A stretch of 64,000 bases of DNA from Nitrosopumilus sp. Its GTDB lineage: Archaea; Thermoproteota; Nitrososphaeria; Nitrososphaerales; Nitrosopumilaceae. This document shows, in pieces, positions 1 to 10,221 of the stretch. The position numbers were made by a program, and so were the translations under genes. Where the stretch lies: assembly GCA_965224195.1 (NCBI GenBank), contig OZ245040.1, positions 256,001-320,000 on the forward strand, given 5' to 3'. Within the stretch, counting starts at the first letter, position 1. Every line of letters begins with the position of its first letter. The notes beneath the pieces were generated by a model. The model was given only the letters and a program-made list of their open reading frames with translations, was not told the origin of the DNA and searched no databases.

Positions 1-235
1 GAGCAATTATAATTCTCTCTTCACCTAATCTTGCAATTTCAGCATCTTCTGCTTTTGCAATAGAATACAATTCTTCAACTACTTTACGAAGTTGTTCCAC
101 ATCTTTTTGTGCTAATGGTGTAACTCTTAGAATCAAAATCATATTTTTTTTAATATCTTCTTTGATAGAGTGAACATCACTGATGTCTCTAATCGTTATT
201 GCTTTTAGATATGTGGAATTTTCTTGTTTTTGCAT
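1..235 (-). CDS. sepF: Cell division protein SepF (runs off window start)
   Basis: Manual translation MQKQENSTYLKAITIRDISDVHSIKEDIKKNMILILRVTPLAQKD...IARLGEERIII resembles archaeal SepF/DUF552; not in ORF track. Confidence 0.75.
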   Translation of the reverse strand, partial: MQKQENSTYLKAITIRDISDVHSIKEDIKKNMILILRVTPLAQKDVEQLRKVVEELYSIAKAEDAEIARLGEERIIIA

Positions 236-308
236 CCTTGTTGAAAATGAGAACTACTTATTCAAAAACTCTTCCTTAGTTTTAACTAATTTTTAAAAAA
301 TTTCATGC

Positions 309-1367
309 CTACATTCTAAATTTAAGATAAGATTGTTCTTTTGCACATTCAGAACTAACTTCATCAGTTGAATCTCCATTTTTAACAGAAACAACACTGT
401 GTTCAGTTTTTGGTGCATCTGAATATCTTAACGTTACAGTTGATGCAAATTCTACATGCAATTTTGCATTCTTACCACGTAAGATTGAAACTGATCCAAC
501 GTAATCTTTAGCCTCAAGTAAAATATCACCAGGTAATGCTAATGCTTTAATCATTTCATTTTCATCTTTGTTTCTTCCAACAACAAATTTTGTTTCTTCA
601 TCTAATCTAAAATGTCTTCCAATTTTTAACAAATCAATTTCATTAATTGTTGGAGTTTCTATATGATCAAACAAATCTTTAGCCTTAATTCCGAATTGTG
701 GTTCAGTTAACAAACAACCCCCACCTGCATTTGGTGGATTTTCAATTCCATATTCTTTAGCCATTTTCATTTGAATTTTTCTTTGTCGTCCTTTAATCAT
801 TCCAAGATTTTCTCTTTTAATCAAACCATCTTTTTCAGCATCTGATGGTGGTAATAATCCAGCAGATAATGGTCTAACTATTTTTCCTTTCAAATTAGAT
901 TCATTTTCAATAATATGTAATGACGGTGCATGTTGACTCATTGGACGTTGACCTAATACTTCTCCTGAAATAATAAATTCTGCACCAATTTCTTCCATGT
1001 GTTTTTTTGCTGCATCAAACATCATTGTTCTACAATCAACACATGGATTAAACCCAGCACCTATTCCGTGCTTTGGATGTTTTAACATCTCTATGTATTC
1101 ATCACCAAGATAAACTGTTTTTAAATTCACATTAAGATCATCTGCTCTTTCTCTAATTTCAAAACCACACCCTCTTCCACAATCAAAATCACAAAATGGA
1201 GTTTTAATTGCAACAGCTGACACGTCAAAACCTTGTTCTTGCATCATTCTAACAGCAAGTTGACTATCTAATCCTCCAGATAACAAAGCAACTACTTTCT
1301 TCTTTTCTTTTTCTTCAGCCACTGTGATCTGACCCAATTTTCCATATACAAACTTTACATCATACAT
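309..1367 (-). CDS. ThiI/MnmA-like PP-loop tRNA sulfurtransferase (DUF814-type C-terminus); true start probably ~45 nt downstream
   Basis: SGGLDS PP-loop, NPCVDCR, GEVLGQRPMSQ and AGGGCLLT motifs. Confidence 0.8.
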   Translation of the reverse strand: MYDVKFVYGKLGQITVAEEKEKKKVVALLSGGLDSQLAVRMMQEQGFDVSAVAIKTPFCDFDCGRGCGFEIRERADDLNVNLKTVYLGDEYIEMLKHPKHGIGAGFNPCVDCRTMMFDAAKKHMEEIGAEFIISGEVLGQRPMSQHAPSLHIIENESNLKGKIVRPLSAGLLPPSDAEKDGLIKRENLGMIKGRQRKIQMKMAKEYGIENPPNAGGGCLLTEPQFGIKAKDLFDHIETPTINEIDLLKIGRHFRLDEETKFVVGRNKDENEMIKALALPGDILLEAKDYVGSVSILRGKNAKLHVEFASTVTLRYSDAPKTEHSVVSVKNGDSTDEVSSECAKEQSYLKFRM

Positions 1368-1393
1368 AAATTGAGAATTAGATATATCTGAGT

Positions 1394-2458
1394 ATGAAGC
1401 AACGTAGAAAGAATCTTTTGAAATATGCTCAACAGATCGATTGTGATACTATAGTTACATTTGAGCCTGAAAATTTGTTTTACATGACTGGGTTTTGGGG
1501 TGAAGCAATTGGATTACTTGAAAAAAATGGGAAAACCACAATTATTGCACCCGAACTTGAAGTTGGTAGAGCAAAAGAAGAATCTGTTGATTGTAATGTA
1601 ATTACTGCAGAACGAGGAGAAGGTCTAATTTCCTCACTAATTAAAAAAATTAAGAAAAATCGAGTTTGTACTGACTGCCAAAACTATTCAGTAATGATGT
1701 CGTTAAAAAAATCAATTCCAAAAATTAAATCATCAACTGAACCATTTTACAATGCTAGAATCATAAAAGATGAAAAAGAAATCCAAATTCTCAAAAAAGC
1801 TTCAAAAATAATTGATGAAATGTTCCAAATTTGTACTAAAAAAATGAAAATAGGTCAAAAAGAATCTGAATTACAAACGATTTTGATGACGTATGCAATG
1901 GAACAAGAAATGTTTAATACCGGATACAAATCTACACTTAATCCATTAATTATTGCTGGAGGTCCAAATGGTGCCTTACCACATGCTCAAGTTACAAATA
2001 GAAAATTCAAAAAAGGAGATCTAGTAGTAACTGATCTTACATTAAGATACAAAGGATATGTTTCTGATGCGACCCGAACATTTGCACTAGGAAAAATCCC
2101 ATCACAAGCAAATGAAGCATATGAAATTGTTAAAGAATCTCAAAGAGTTGGTTTAAAAGCTGTCAGACCAAATATTGATTGTAAAGATATTGATTTTGCA
2201 TGTCGAAAATATATTGATGATAAAAATTATGGTAAATACTTTATTCATTCAACAGGTCATGGAATTGGATTAGAAGTTCATGAACTACCAACTGTTTCTT
2301 ATCGAAGTAATACAAAATTAAAAGAGAACATGGCAATAACTGTAGAGCCTGGAATTTATATTGAAAATAAATTTGGAATTAGAATAGAGGATTCACTAAT
2401 TGTAAAAGACAGACCAATTGTAATGCACAAATTTACTAAAGATTTAGTAACAATTTGA
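1394..2458 (+). CDS. Xaa-Pro aminopeptidase/prolidase (M24)
   Basis: SDATRT, HSTGHGIGLEVHE, TVEPGIY and GIRIED motifs. Confidence 0.93.
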   Translation: MKQRRKNLLKYAQQIDCDTIVTFEPENLFYMTGFWGEAIGLLEKNGKTTIIAPELEVGRAKEESVDCNVITAERGEGLISSLIKKIKKNRVCTDCQNYSVMMSLKKSIPKIKSSTEPFYNARIIKDEKEIQILKKASKIIDEMFQICTKKMKIGQKESELQTILMTYAMEQEMFNTGYKSTLNPLIIAGGPNGALPHAQVTNRKFKKGDLVVTDLTLRYKGYVSDATRTFALGKIPSQANEAYEIVKESQRVGLKAVRPNIDCKDIDFACRKYIDDKNYGKYFIHSTGHGIGLEVHELPTVSYRSNTKLKENMAITVEPGIYIENKFGIRIEDSLIVKDRPIVMHKFTKDLVTI

Positions 2459-2460
2459 GC

Positions 2461-2943
2461 CTAGTCGTAATAGTTTACTAAATCAATAATATACTTAGAT
2501 TCTGGATTATTGGAAGAAATTTTTTCAGAAATTATATTCACATTCCAATCATAATTCATTTCTCCCTTGTGTGATTTGAAATTAAAATTCACTTTATATT
2601 CTTCAGAATTTACGTTTACTACAGTTAGATCAACGGTAGTTTTTTTATGATCAAAAATTTTCTCTTGAGGATATTCTTCATCTATTTTATTCTCTAATGC
2701 TTCTTTTACTGTTAATCCAGAATTATTTGGACCATCATACTTCATTAAAATATCTACAACTTTTTGATTTTCATCACTTAGTTCTGGAAAACTCTTCTCT
2801 AGTGTTCCTTTGGTATATTCAGGAACTACAAATACCACAAACATTGCGATCAAAGCAAGGTAAATTGGAGCTCTTTTTTTCAGAAATGACTTAAAATCAT
2901 TCTTTTTTGGCTTGTCTTCCTTTTTTTTATTTTCTTTACCCAT
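2461..2943 (-). CDS. Hypothetical membrane-anchored protein
   Basis: 160-aa ORF with basic N-terminus and one TM segment. Confidence 0.7.
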   Translation of the reverse strand: MGKENKKKEDKPKKNDFKSFLKKRAPIYLALIAMFVVFVVPEYTKGTLEKSFPELSDENQKVVDILMKYDGPNNSGLTVKEALENKIDEEYPQEKIFDHKKTTVDLTVVNVNSEEYKVNFNFKSHKGEMNYDWNVNIISEKISSNNPESKYIIDLVNYYD

Positions 2944-2954
2944 GTCTCTTCAAT

Positions 2955-3797
2955 CTAGTTTTTAGCACCTAGAATTAAAACTTGCCAAGGAAATAAAATT
3001 TCTCCATTTTTCTTCGTATATTGTAATGTTTTATCTTTGACTAACTGTTTCAATTCTTTCCTTTTTGAATAATCTAAATTATTTAGCTTTTCTTTTAATG
3101 GTTTTGCAATATATTTTAGATAATTTCTCCAATAATCTTCAAATTTTCCTGGACTAAAATGAAAGACATAATCTTTTACAGTAATTTTTGAGAATCCTGC
3201 TTTACTTACTTCTTTTTTTAAAGCTGATTTTGTTCCAAATCTGTCAAGATTTGGAGAGCCAGGTGGTACATAATCTGGAATATACTTTGTGACTGAATCG
3301 ATAATGCTGCTAAAGAAAGGAACAGAATCTTTACTTCCATGAACAGAAATTCCAATACTTCCTGATTTTTTGAGGCTATTTTTCATATTTTTTAATGCTT
3401 TTTGAGCATTAGGAAAGAAAAACAATGCATACTGACATGTAACAACATCGAATTTTTTAGAAAAATTAAATTTCTCAGCATCAGTATTTACAAAATCAAC
3501 ATTTAATTTTTTACCATTCCATTTTTTTGCAATTTTAATTGCTGTACTTGAAGTATCTACTCCTACTACATATCCTAATTTCTCTATTTTTTTTTGAATT
3601 TCATTTATAACTACTCCAGTACCACATGCAACATCCAATACTGTATCACCTTTGTTGATATTTACTAATTCTACTAATTTTTTTGTACTTTGAAATGGTC
3701 CTTTATTTACACTAGCCCATCTCTTGTGATATCTCGGAGCAACCTCATTCCAAATTTTCATATTTCGCTGTTTGTATTCTGAATGAATTACTTTCAT
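2955..3797 (-). CDS. Class I SAM-dependent methyltransferase (UbiE-like)
   Basis: VLDVACGTG motif I; FDVVTCQYALFFF. Confidence 0.9.
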   Translation of the reverse strand: MKVIHSEYKQRNMKIWNEVAPRYHKRWASVNKGPFQSTKKLVELVNINKGDTVLDVACGTGVVINEIQKKIEKLGYVVGVDTSSTAIKIAKKWNGKKLNVDFVNTDAEKFNFSKKFDVVTCQYALFFFPNAQKALKNMKNSLKKSGSIGISVHGSKDSVPFFSSIIDSVTKYIPDYVPPGSPNLDRFGTKSALKKEVSKAGFSKITVKDYVFHFSPGKFEDYWRNYLKYIAKPLKEKLNNLDYSKRKELKQLVKDKTLQYTKKNGEILFPWQVLILGAKN

Positions 3798-3854
3798 CTA
3801 ATGTTTTCATCTTATTTGATCTATTTTATGTAATCTCTTCTAAATCTAATTTTT

Positions 3855-5117
3855 TCATTTAATTTTCACTTCAATTTGTTTTCTGATAAGTTTAGCAATT
3901 TTTTCTTTACTCATCCATCTTGAAACAATATTTTTTTTGAAATCTACAATGATGATTTGGTTATTTTGAGGATTTTTCTTATATCTTATTGAACCAATAT
4001 CATTTGCGATAATCATGTCTGCTGATGATTCTTTTAATTTCTTTTCAGCTGATTTGATTAATTGATTTTTTGTTAGATTTGTTTCTGCTTTAAAACCTAC
4101 AAGTAATACATTTTTTTGATATTTTTTTATTTGATCTATGATTTTTGGAGCTTTTTTGAGGCTAATGGTTATGCTTAACTTTGAATTTTTAATTTTATTT
4201 TTACTTTGAATTATAGGTACATAATCTGCAACAGCTGCTGTCATAATCACAATATCAAACTTTTTCTTTAATTCTAATTTTACAGCTAGTTGCATTTCTT
4301 TGCTGGATAAAACATTAATGATTTTTGCACCCTTTGGTGGTTCTTCTTTTCCTGGTCCATAAACAAATGTAACTTTAGCTCCTGCAGAAATTAATTCTGC
4401 TGCTAAACTTACTCCTGTCTTTCCAGAACTATGGTTTGTAATTGCACGAATAGGATCTATTGGTTCAACAGTTGGCCCTGCAGTAATCAATATTTTTTTA
4501 TTTTTTAATGTAGATGAGAATCCAAATTTCTTTAACACATTTTCTAAAACATCTTCTGGTTCAGGAGATTTTGCTTTACCTTCTATTAATTTAGGAGAAA
4601 GAAATTCAATTTTGTTTTTTAGAAATTTGATATTTTTTTTAACTGCAGAGTTTTCATACATTGATGCATGCATTGCTAGACACATCAAAATTGGAATTTT
4701 TGATCCAAATCCTATTGTAAGAACTGTTGATACAGGCGTATCATCAATTCCATTAGCCAATTTTCCTAGTGTATTTGCAGTTGCAGGATACACTATTAGG
4801 AGATCAGATTGATTATAATCTGCTAATCTAATATGTTCTAACTCACCTGTCAGTTTTGTAATCACTTCATTACCTGTTGCCCATTTGAAATATTCTGGTT
4901 GAATCAGTTTTGTGACTGCATTACTGGTAACACATGTTACATCAGCTCCATGTCTCATTAGCAATCTAGCAAGTTCAATTGCTTTGTAAGCTGCAACACT
5001 ACCTGCTACACACAATACAATTTTTTTCCCAGATAACTCTACACCATATGAACTAACTATATCTAAAGATGGATGATCTTTCCTTTTTGATATCTTTTTA
5101 ACTACCAAGTGCTTCAC
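3855..5117 (-). CDS. coaBC: Phosphopantothenoylcysteine decarboxylase/ligase
   Basis: GSVAAYK, PATANTLGK, ITAGPTVEPIDPIR, SSGKTG, GFKAET. Confidence 0.95.
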   Translation of the reverse strand: MKHLVVKKISKRKDHPSLDIVSSYGVELSGKKIVLCVAGSVAAYKAIELARLLMRHGADVTCVTSNAVTKLIQPEYFKWATGNEVITKLTGELEHIRLADYNQSDLLIVYPATANTLGKLANGIDDTPVSTVLTIGFGSKIPILMCLAMHASMYENSAVKKNIKFLKNKIEFLSPKLIEGKAKSPEPEDVLENVLKKFGFSSTLKNKKILITAGPTVEPIDPIRAITNHSSGKTGVSLAAELISAGAKVTFVYGPGKEEPPKGAKIINVLSSKEMQLAVKLELKKKFDIVIMTAAVADYVPIIQSKNKIKNSKLSITISLKKAPKIIDQIKKYQKNVLLVGFKAETNLTKNQLIKSAEKKLKESSADMIIANDIGSIRYKKNPQNNQIIIVDFKKNIVSRWMSKEKIAKLIRKQIEVKIK

Positions 5118-5937
5118 GTAATTTTTTTAATTCTTCTTCATTCATTGAAAATGAGTTTTCTTTAGCAGGAAATGAACTTGATTCCACATCAGTTCTATAT
5201 TCTTCAAGTGATTTTACAATATCTTCAGATAAATTCATGTATCTTTTGGCAAATTTTGGTTTAATTTTGTCATACATACCTAACAAATCTTGAACAACCA
5301 ATACTTGTCCATCACAATTTACACCAGAACCTATTCCTATTGTGGGAATGCTAACAGATTCAGAAATAATTTGTCCGACCTCATGACTAACCATTTCTAA
5401 AGCAATACTAAAAACTCCTGCGTCTTCTAGTTCCTTGGCATCTTCAATTAATTTCATAGCACTATCTTTTGTTTTACCTTGAACTTTGTATCCTTCTGAA
5501 AGCATCGTAGTTTGCGGTTGAAGTCCAATATGTCCCATTACTGGAATTCCTACATCCACTATTGCACTAATTGTTTCAGTCATAATTGAACCACCTTCAA
5601 GTTTTATTGCATCTGCACCAGATTTGATTAATCTACCAGAATTATTTATGGCATCTTCAATACTGGCCTGATATGACATGAAAGGTAAATCTGCTACTAA
5701 TAGTGAATTTTTTCTTGCTCTGCTAACAGCTTCAGTAAACATGCACATTTGATCCATTGTCACAGAAATTGTATTTTCATATCCAAGCATTACCATTCCA
5801 GCACTATCTCCAACTAACATTACATCAATTCCTGCTCTATCACATAATGAAGCTAGAGTGTAATCATAACTTGTAATTACAGAAATTTTCTTTTTCTCTT
5901 TTTTCATATTGATAATATCTTGAACAGTTTTATGCAA
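5098..5937 (-). CDS. panB: 3-methyl-2-oxobutanoate hydroxymethyltransferase
   Basis: LVGDSAGMV, ADLPFMSY, KLEGG, GHIGLQPQ. Confidence 0.96.
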   Translation of the reverse strand: MHKTVQDIINMKKEKKKISVITSYDYTLASLCDRAGIDVMLVGDSAGMVMLGYENTISVTMDQMCMFTEAVSRARKNSLLVADLPFMSYQASIEDAINNSGRLIKSGADAIKLEGGSIMTETISAIVDVGIPVMGHIGLQPQTTMLSEGYKVQGKTKDSAMKLIEDAKELEDAGVFSIALEMVSHEVGQIISESVSIPTIGIGSGVNCDGQVLVVQDLLGMYDKIKPKFAKRYMNLSEDIVKSLEEYRTDVESSSFPAKENSFSMNEEELKKLREALGS

Positions 5938-6694
5938 TTTTGGCCCTCCTATCCAAATTATTTTTTATTTGAATCACATTTTCTCTTAAGTTTTTCTTAT
6001 TATCAAAATCCTCAATTATTTTTTGAAGACTCTTTTGATTCTTTTTTGATAGTTTTTTTGATTCATCAATTAGTAAATCAATTGCTCTAGTCACATTATC
6101 TACAATTGTAATGTTCGCTATCTGTGATGTTCTAGAGAGTGGATTTAGATCAAATGTTATGACTGTTTTTCCAGCTTTTCTTAATGCCATCGTTCTGTCT
6201 CCATCTTCTAAAGGAACTACCACAACATCTGCTACAAAAATTCCATCTTTATCTACAATTCTTCTTGCAGAATCTATTCCTGGTAATTTTTTAGATGATG
6301 TAGGTTTAGATCCTAAAATTTCATTGGCACCATTTTTTTTCAAAGTCTTAATGATTGATATTTTTCTTTTTTCATTAGCATAGAATAGATTCACTTCAAG
6401 TTTTGCTTTGATTTGTTTTGATAGTTTTACAATTTGTTTTGGACATAATGCTGCTATGTTTCCATTAACTGAGATAACTGGCATTTTTGCTACAATTAAT
6501 TGGGCTGCTGCAGCCTTGATAGCTTGTGTAGCTGCCTTACCTGTTTTTTCTCCTAGAAGATAATCAAATGCTTCTCCTCTACCTTGAGCCAAAAGACCTT
6601 CTTTGGCAACTAGTCCTTTTTCAAATCCTTCTACAAGTTTCTCACGAATTAAAAGAGATTTAGCTCTAGGATGGGATTTGGGAATTAATGACAT
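5930..6694 (-). CDS. Archaeal phosphopantothenate synthetase
   Basis: IPKSHPR, GRGEAFDYLLGE, PLEDGDR, DLNPLSRT; within CoA operon. Confidence 0.93.
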   Translation of the reverse strand: MSLIPKSHPRAKSLLIREKLVEGFEKGLVAKEGLLAQGRGEAFDYLLGEKTGKAATQAIKAAAAQLIVAKMPVISVNGNIAALCPKQIVKLSKQIKAKLEVNLFYANEKRKISIIKTLKKNGANEILGSKPTSSKKLPGIDSARRIVDKDGIFVADVVVVPLEDGDRTMALRKAGKTVITFDLNPLSRTSQIANITIVDNVTRAIDLLIDESKKLSKKNQKSLQKIIEDFDNKKNLRENVIQIKNNLDRRAKIA

Positions 6695-6703
6695 AATTTT
6701 TAA

Positions 6704-7615
6704 TTAATTGTTTAAAATTCTAGCTCCATTATCATCTAGTTTTGATTTTATTAAAATCCCATCAGAATATTTTTGTAAAATTTCTAAAACTTTAGATTCC
6801 TCTTTTTGTGGAACCATAGAAAAAATTGTTTCTCCAAAAAGAGCAATCCCACATTTGATCTTGTTTTTAGATAATTCTTTTACTATTTTTTGCATTCTAG
6901 GAGTCATTATATCTACATATTTTGCAAATTCTAATGACATGTCTTGAAAATGTTCATAATCTTTTGACTCTAATAATTGATTTACCATTTTTCCACCTAA
7001 TCCATTAATTTGAGACAAACGTTCTTTGATGAATTTATTTGTAGAAATTGGAGAAAAACAAATCATAATAATTGAAATTTTATCTGTAGGAATTTTTTCA
7101 ACATGTCCAATTCCTGGTGCTCCAGGTTTAACTCTAATTTCAAATCCCCCATAATATGATGCTAAGACATCTCCAAGTCCTGTTTTACAATTTACTTCCG
7201 CGTTATGAGCAATTTGACCAATTATTATTTTCTCTAATTTAGTTTCAAGTGCTTGGTTTAATGCAAATGATAATGATAATGCAACTGCACCACTTGAACC
7301 TAAACCATAACCAACTGGAACAGATATGTTGTGCTCTATATCAAAAAACTTATCTGAAAATTCTCCTAATTTTAAAAATTCATTTAATACGTATTGTGAA
7401 ACATCTGTTTTATCTGATTGATATCCATGTGTTGTGATTTTAAAATTTGATTCTTGATTATTTTTTGTTTTGATTTTTACTCTAGTTGTAACTCCTTGAT
7501 TTATTGAAAAACCTGCTCCCATTGAGCCTAAATTTTCTAAATTATTCTCATGGCCTTCTAAATGGGCTTTGAAAAAACCTGTAATATGTGCTGGACAAAA
7601 TGCTGTCGCCTCCAT
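6704..7615 (-). CDS. Pantoate kinase (GHMP family)
   Basis: FCPAHITGFF, PVGYGLGSSG, TGLGDV, RVKPGAPG; within CoA operon. Confidence 0.93.
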   Translation of the reverse strand: MEATAFCPAHITGFFKAHLEGHENNLENLGSMGAGFSINQGVTTRVKIKTKNNQESNFKITTHGYQSDKTDVSQYVLNEFLKLGEFSDKFFDIEHNISVPVGYGLGSSGAVALSLSFALNQALETKLEKIIIGQIAHNAEVNCKTGLGDVLASYYGGFEIRVKPGAPGIGHVEKIPTDKISIIMICFSPISTNKFIKERLSQINGLGGKMVNQLLESKDYEHFQDMSLEFAKYVDIMTPRMQKIVKELSKNKIKCGIALFGETIFSMVPQKEESKVLEILQKYSDGILIKSKLDDNGARILNN

Positions 7616-7680
7616 TGATCTGAGTTTAAACTTTACACAAAATATAAGAATATGGCTTAAATTAATTATACTAGTATAAA

Positions 7681-8661
7681 TTGACTAAATTTATTCGACG
7701 CCTACAAAGAATTGGAAGTAGTATACTTGTTTCATTACCTAAAGAATGGGTTGATGCAAATAATCTAGATAAAGGTAGCCAGGTTGAAATAGAAACCAGC
7801 CAAGATAGTATTTCTATATCTGCAAATAAAGAAATACGACCAACAAAAGAACTTGTAATTTCATATCCATTACCTAAAGAAGAAAATATTGTTGCAAACA
7901 TTACAGGTGCATATCTTTTAGGATTTGATGTTATTGTAATTAATTCAAAATCTATTATTCCAGGAAAAGATAGAGAAGAAATTCGTAATTCAATGAGACG
8001 ATTAGTTGGCATGGAGATAATTGAAGAAGATGCATCTCATATTAATATGCAGTTTCTATTAGATGCAACAACACTTAATCCATCAAAAATTCTCAAACGA
8101 ATGAGTTCCATTGCACTTGGAATGTATGATGATGTATTAAATGGATTAATTTCAGACGATAAATCTAATCTTCAAACGTTGTCTAATCGTGATGTTGAAG
8201 TAAACAGACAGTATTTTTTATTGGTTCGTTTAATTCGCAGTACAATAGTTGACAAAAGACTATCCAGTGCATTTAATTTAGAAAATATTGATGTACTTGA
8301 CTATAGAGTTGCTGCAAATGTTCTTGAAAATGCAGGTGATTCTATTGTTGAGATTTCTAATTTTATTTTTAATTTTTCATTATCAAAAGAATTTTCTAAA
8401 AAAATTTATGATGTTGTAAAAGATTTCAATAAACTTGCAGAAAAATCTATTGATGCTTTTACAAAACCTGATAGACTTTTAGCTATTGAAGCAATTTCTA
8501 TGCATAAACAATATGAAAAAAAACTCAGTTTACTTAGAACCACATTAGGAAATAAAAAACAAATTCCTTTAGATTTTCTTGATCTTGTGTACATGTTTGA
8601 AAGAATTGCACAATCTTGGGCTGATGTTGCAGATCTTGTGCAACCTATCTATAATGAATAA
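7681..8661 (+). CDS. phoU: AbrB-PhoU phosphate uptake regulator
   Basis: N-terminal RRLQRIGSSILVSLPKEW AbrB domain; PhoU repeats (LENAGD, FERIA). Confidence 0.88.
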   Translation: MTKFIRRLQRIGSSILVSLPKEWVDANNLDKGSQVEIETSQDSISISANKEIRPTKELVISYPLPKEENIVANITGAYLLGFDVIVINSKSIIPGKDREEIRNSMRRLVGMEIIEEDASHINMQFLLDATTLNPSKILKRMSSIALGMYDDVLNGLISDDKSNLQTLSNRDVEVNRQYFLLVRLIRSTIVDKRLSSAFNLENIDVLDYRVAANVLENAGDSIVEISNFIFNFSLSKEFSKKIYDVVKDFNKLAEKSIDAFTKPDRLLAIEAISMHKQYEKKLSLLRTTLGNKKQIPLDFLDLVYMFERIAQSWADVADLVQPIYNE

Positions 8662-9177
8662 CTAATATAATTTTTTCTTTGCAGCATATGTTAAAACTGC
8701 GCATATTGTTTTTGAATCCTGAATTTTACCTGTTTTTATCATTGAAAGGATTTTTTTAAAATCTATTTTTACTACAGATAAAATTTCATCTTCATCAAGC
8801 TTCAAATCAGATATTTTCTTCAATCCTGAGGCTAGAAAGCAATGAATTATCTCTTCATTATAGCCAATTGATGGATAGTAAGTAATGAGAGGAGTCATTT
8901 TTTTGGCTCTATACCCTGTCTCTTCTTCTAATTCTCTAAATGCACATTTTATTGGTTCTTCTTTTTTTTCTAATGTTCCAGCAGGAATTTCTAAAACATA
9001 TCCGTGTGGAAATCTATGTTGTTTAACAAGAATTACTTTTTTATTTTCATCAAATGCAAGCATAGCTGCAGCACCTCTATGTTTGATAACTTCTCGTTTA
9101 ACTTCCCTACATTCAATTTTACCATCATAAACACTAAGACCTAAAATTTTTCCTTCATAGATCTTTTTTTCTTTCAT
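8662..9177 (-). CDS. NUDIX hydrolase (ADP-ribose pyrophosphatase-like)
   Basis: Nudix box EIPAG...[11 protein letters not shown]. Confidence 0.92.
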   Translation of the reverse strand: MKEKKIYEGKILGLSVYDGKIECREVKREVIKHRGAAAMLAFDENKKVILVKQHRFPHGYVLEIPAGTLEKKEEPIKCAFRELEEETGYRAKKMTPLITYYPSIGYNEEIIHCFLASGLKKISDLKLDEDEILSVVKIDFKKILSMIKTGKIQDSKTICAVLTYAAKKKLY

Positions 9178-9202
9178 ATAATTTATAGAAAATTATTCTT
9201 AT

Positions 9203-10105
9203 TTAATTGGTTTGATATGTTAAATGTAATTTTGGTGATTTTTTAAAATCATTTATAGCTTTTTCTATCCACTTTGTATAAAATGACATCTTTTTTGGAA
9301 TGAACAAGTCAACTGACTTTATATTTTTAATATTTCTAATTTTTTGTGTTAATTCATCCATTTTGAAAATATTGTCACTGTACATAAATAAAACAATTTG
9401 ATTTTTTGCTATAAATGGAATTTGTAAATATGAATCAGAAAAAGAATTATTTAATTTTTTTAGAGTTTCTTTTAGATCTCCTTCTATCCAAGTAAGTATG
9501 GCGTGAGGAATAAAATTTTCGATTTTTCTAGGATCATAAACTAGTGTAAATTGTATACCTTCATTTTCATGTAATTTTTCTATACATCTTGTAATTGTTT
9601 TTGTTGACATTTTTGTATTTTTTGCAATTTGTTCTATTCTTTGTCTAGGATCTCTGATTAATTCTTCTAGAATTTCTAAATCTGTTTTTGTAAGGTTTGA
9701 ACTAAATCCTGGGTTTTCTGCTTCAAAAATAGATAAAACTCTAACATTTTTCATCAATTTTTTTGCAAGTTCAATTTTTTGATTGATATCTTCTTTTACA
9801 GAAATACCACAAACTGTTATTCCACCAACACATGGAACCACAAAATATGGTTCACCCACAAGACTTGCTTGTTCTAAAATTTCTGTAATATTTTCTCCTG
9901 ATACAACAAAATACAATACTCCATAGCCCAAGACTGGAGGTTCAACTTTGACAAAAAACTCTTCAATTATCTTTTTTTCAATCATTTTTCGGATTCTGGC
10001 TCTAACGGCTCCACCTGATATACCAAATTCTATGCCTATCTGTCGGTCGGATTCTCTGCAATTATTCAATAATCTGCTTAGAATTTTAATATCTAAATTG
10101 TCCAT
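9203..10105 (-). CDS. Lrp/AsnC-family regulator with two HTH domains
   Basis: MDNLDIKIL...SGGAVRARI plus second HTH LTKTDLEILEEL; start placed at MDNLD. Confidence 0.85.
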   Translation of the reverse strand: MDNLDIKILSRLLNNCRESDRQIGIEFGISGGAVRARIRKMIEKKIIEEFFVKVEPPVLGYGVLYFVVSGENITEILEQASLVGEPYFVVPCVGGITVCGISVKEDINQKIELAKKLMKNVRVLSIFEAENPGFSSNLTKTDLEILEELIRDPRQRIEQIAKNTKMSTKTITRCIEKLHENEGIQFTLVYDPRKIENFIPHAILTWIEGDLKETLKKLNNSFSDSYLQIPFIAKNQIVLFMYSDNIFKMDELTQKIRNIKNIKSVDLFIPKKMSFYTKWIEKAINDFKKSPKLHLTYQTN

Positions 10106-10221
10106 TATATCACTTAAAATGACTCCATTAACATTATAAATAACTAATATCATATAAAATTGTCTATACTATTAGCACTATACATCATATACATTAAATA
10201 TCAGACTATTTTATTTATTTT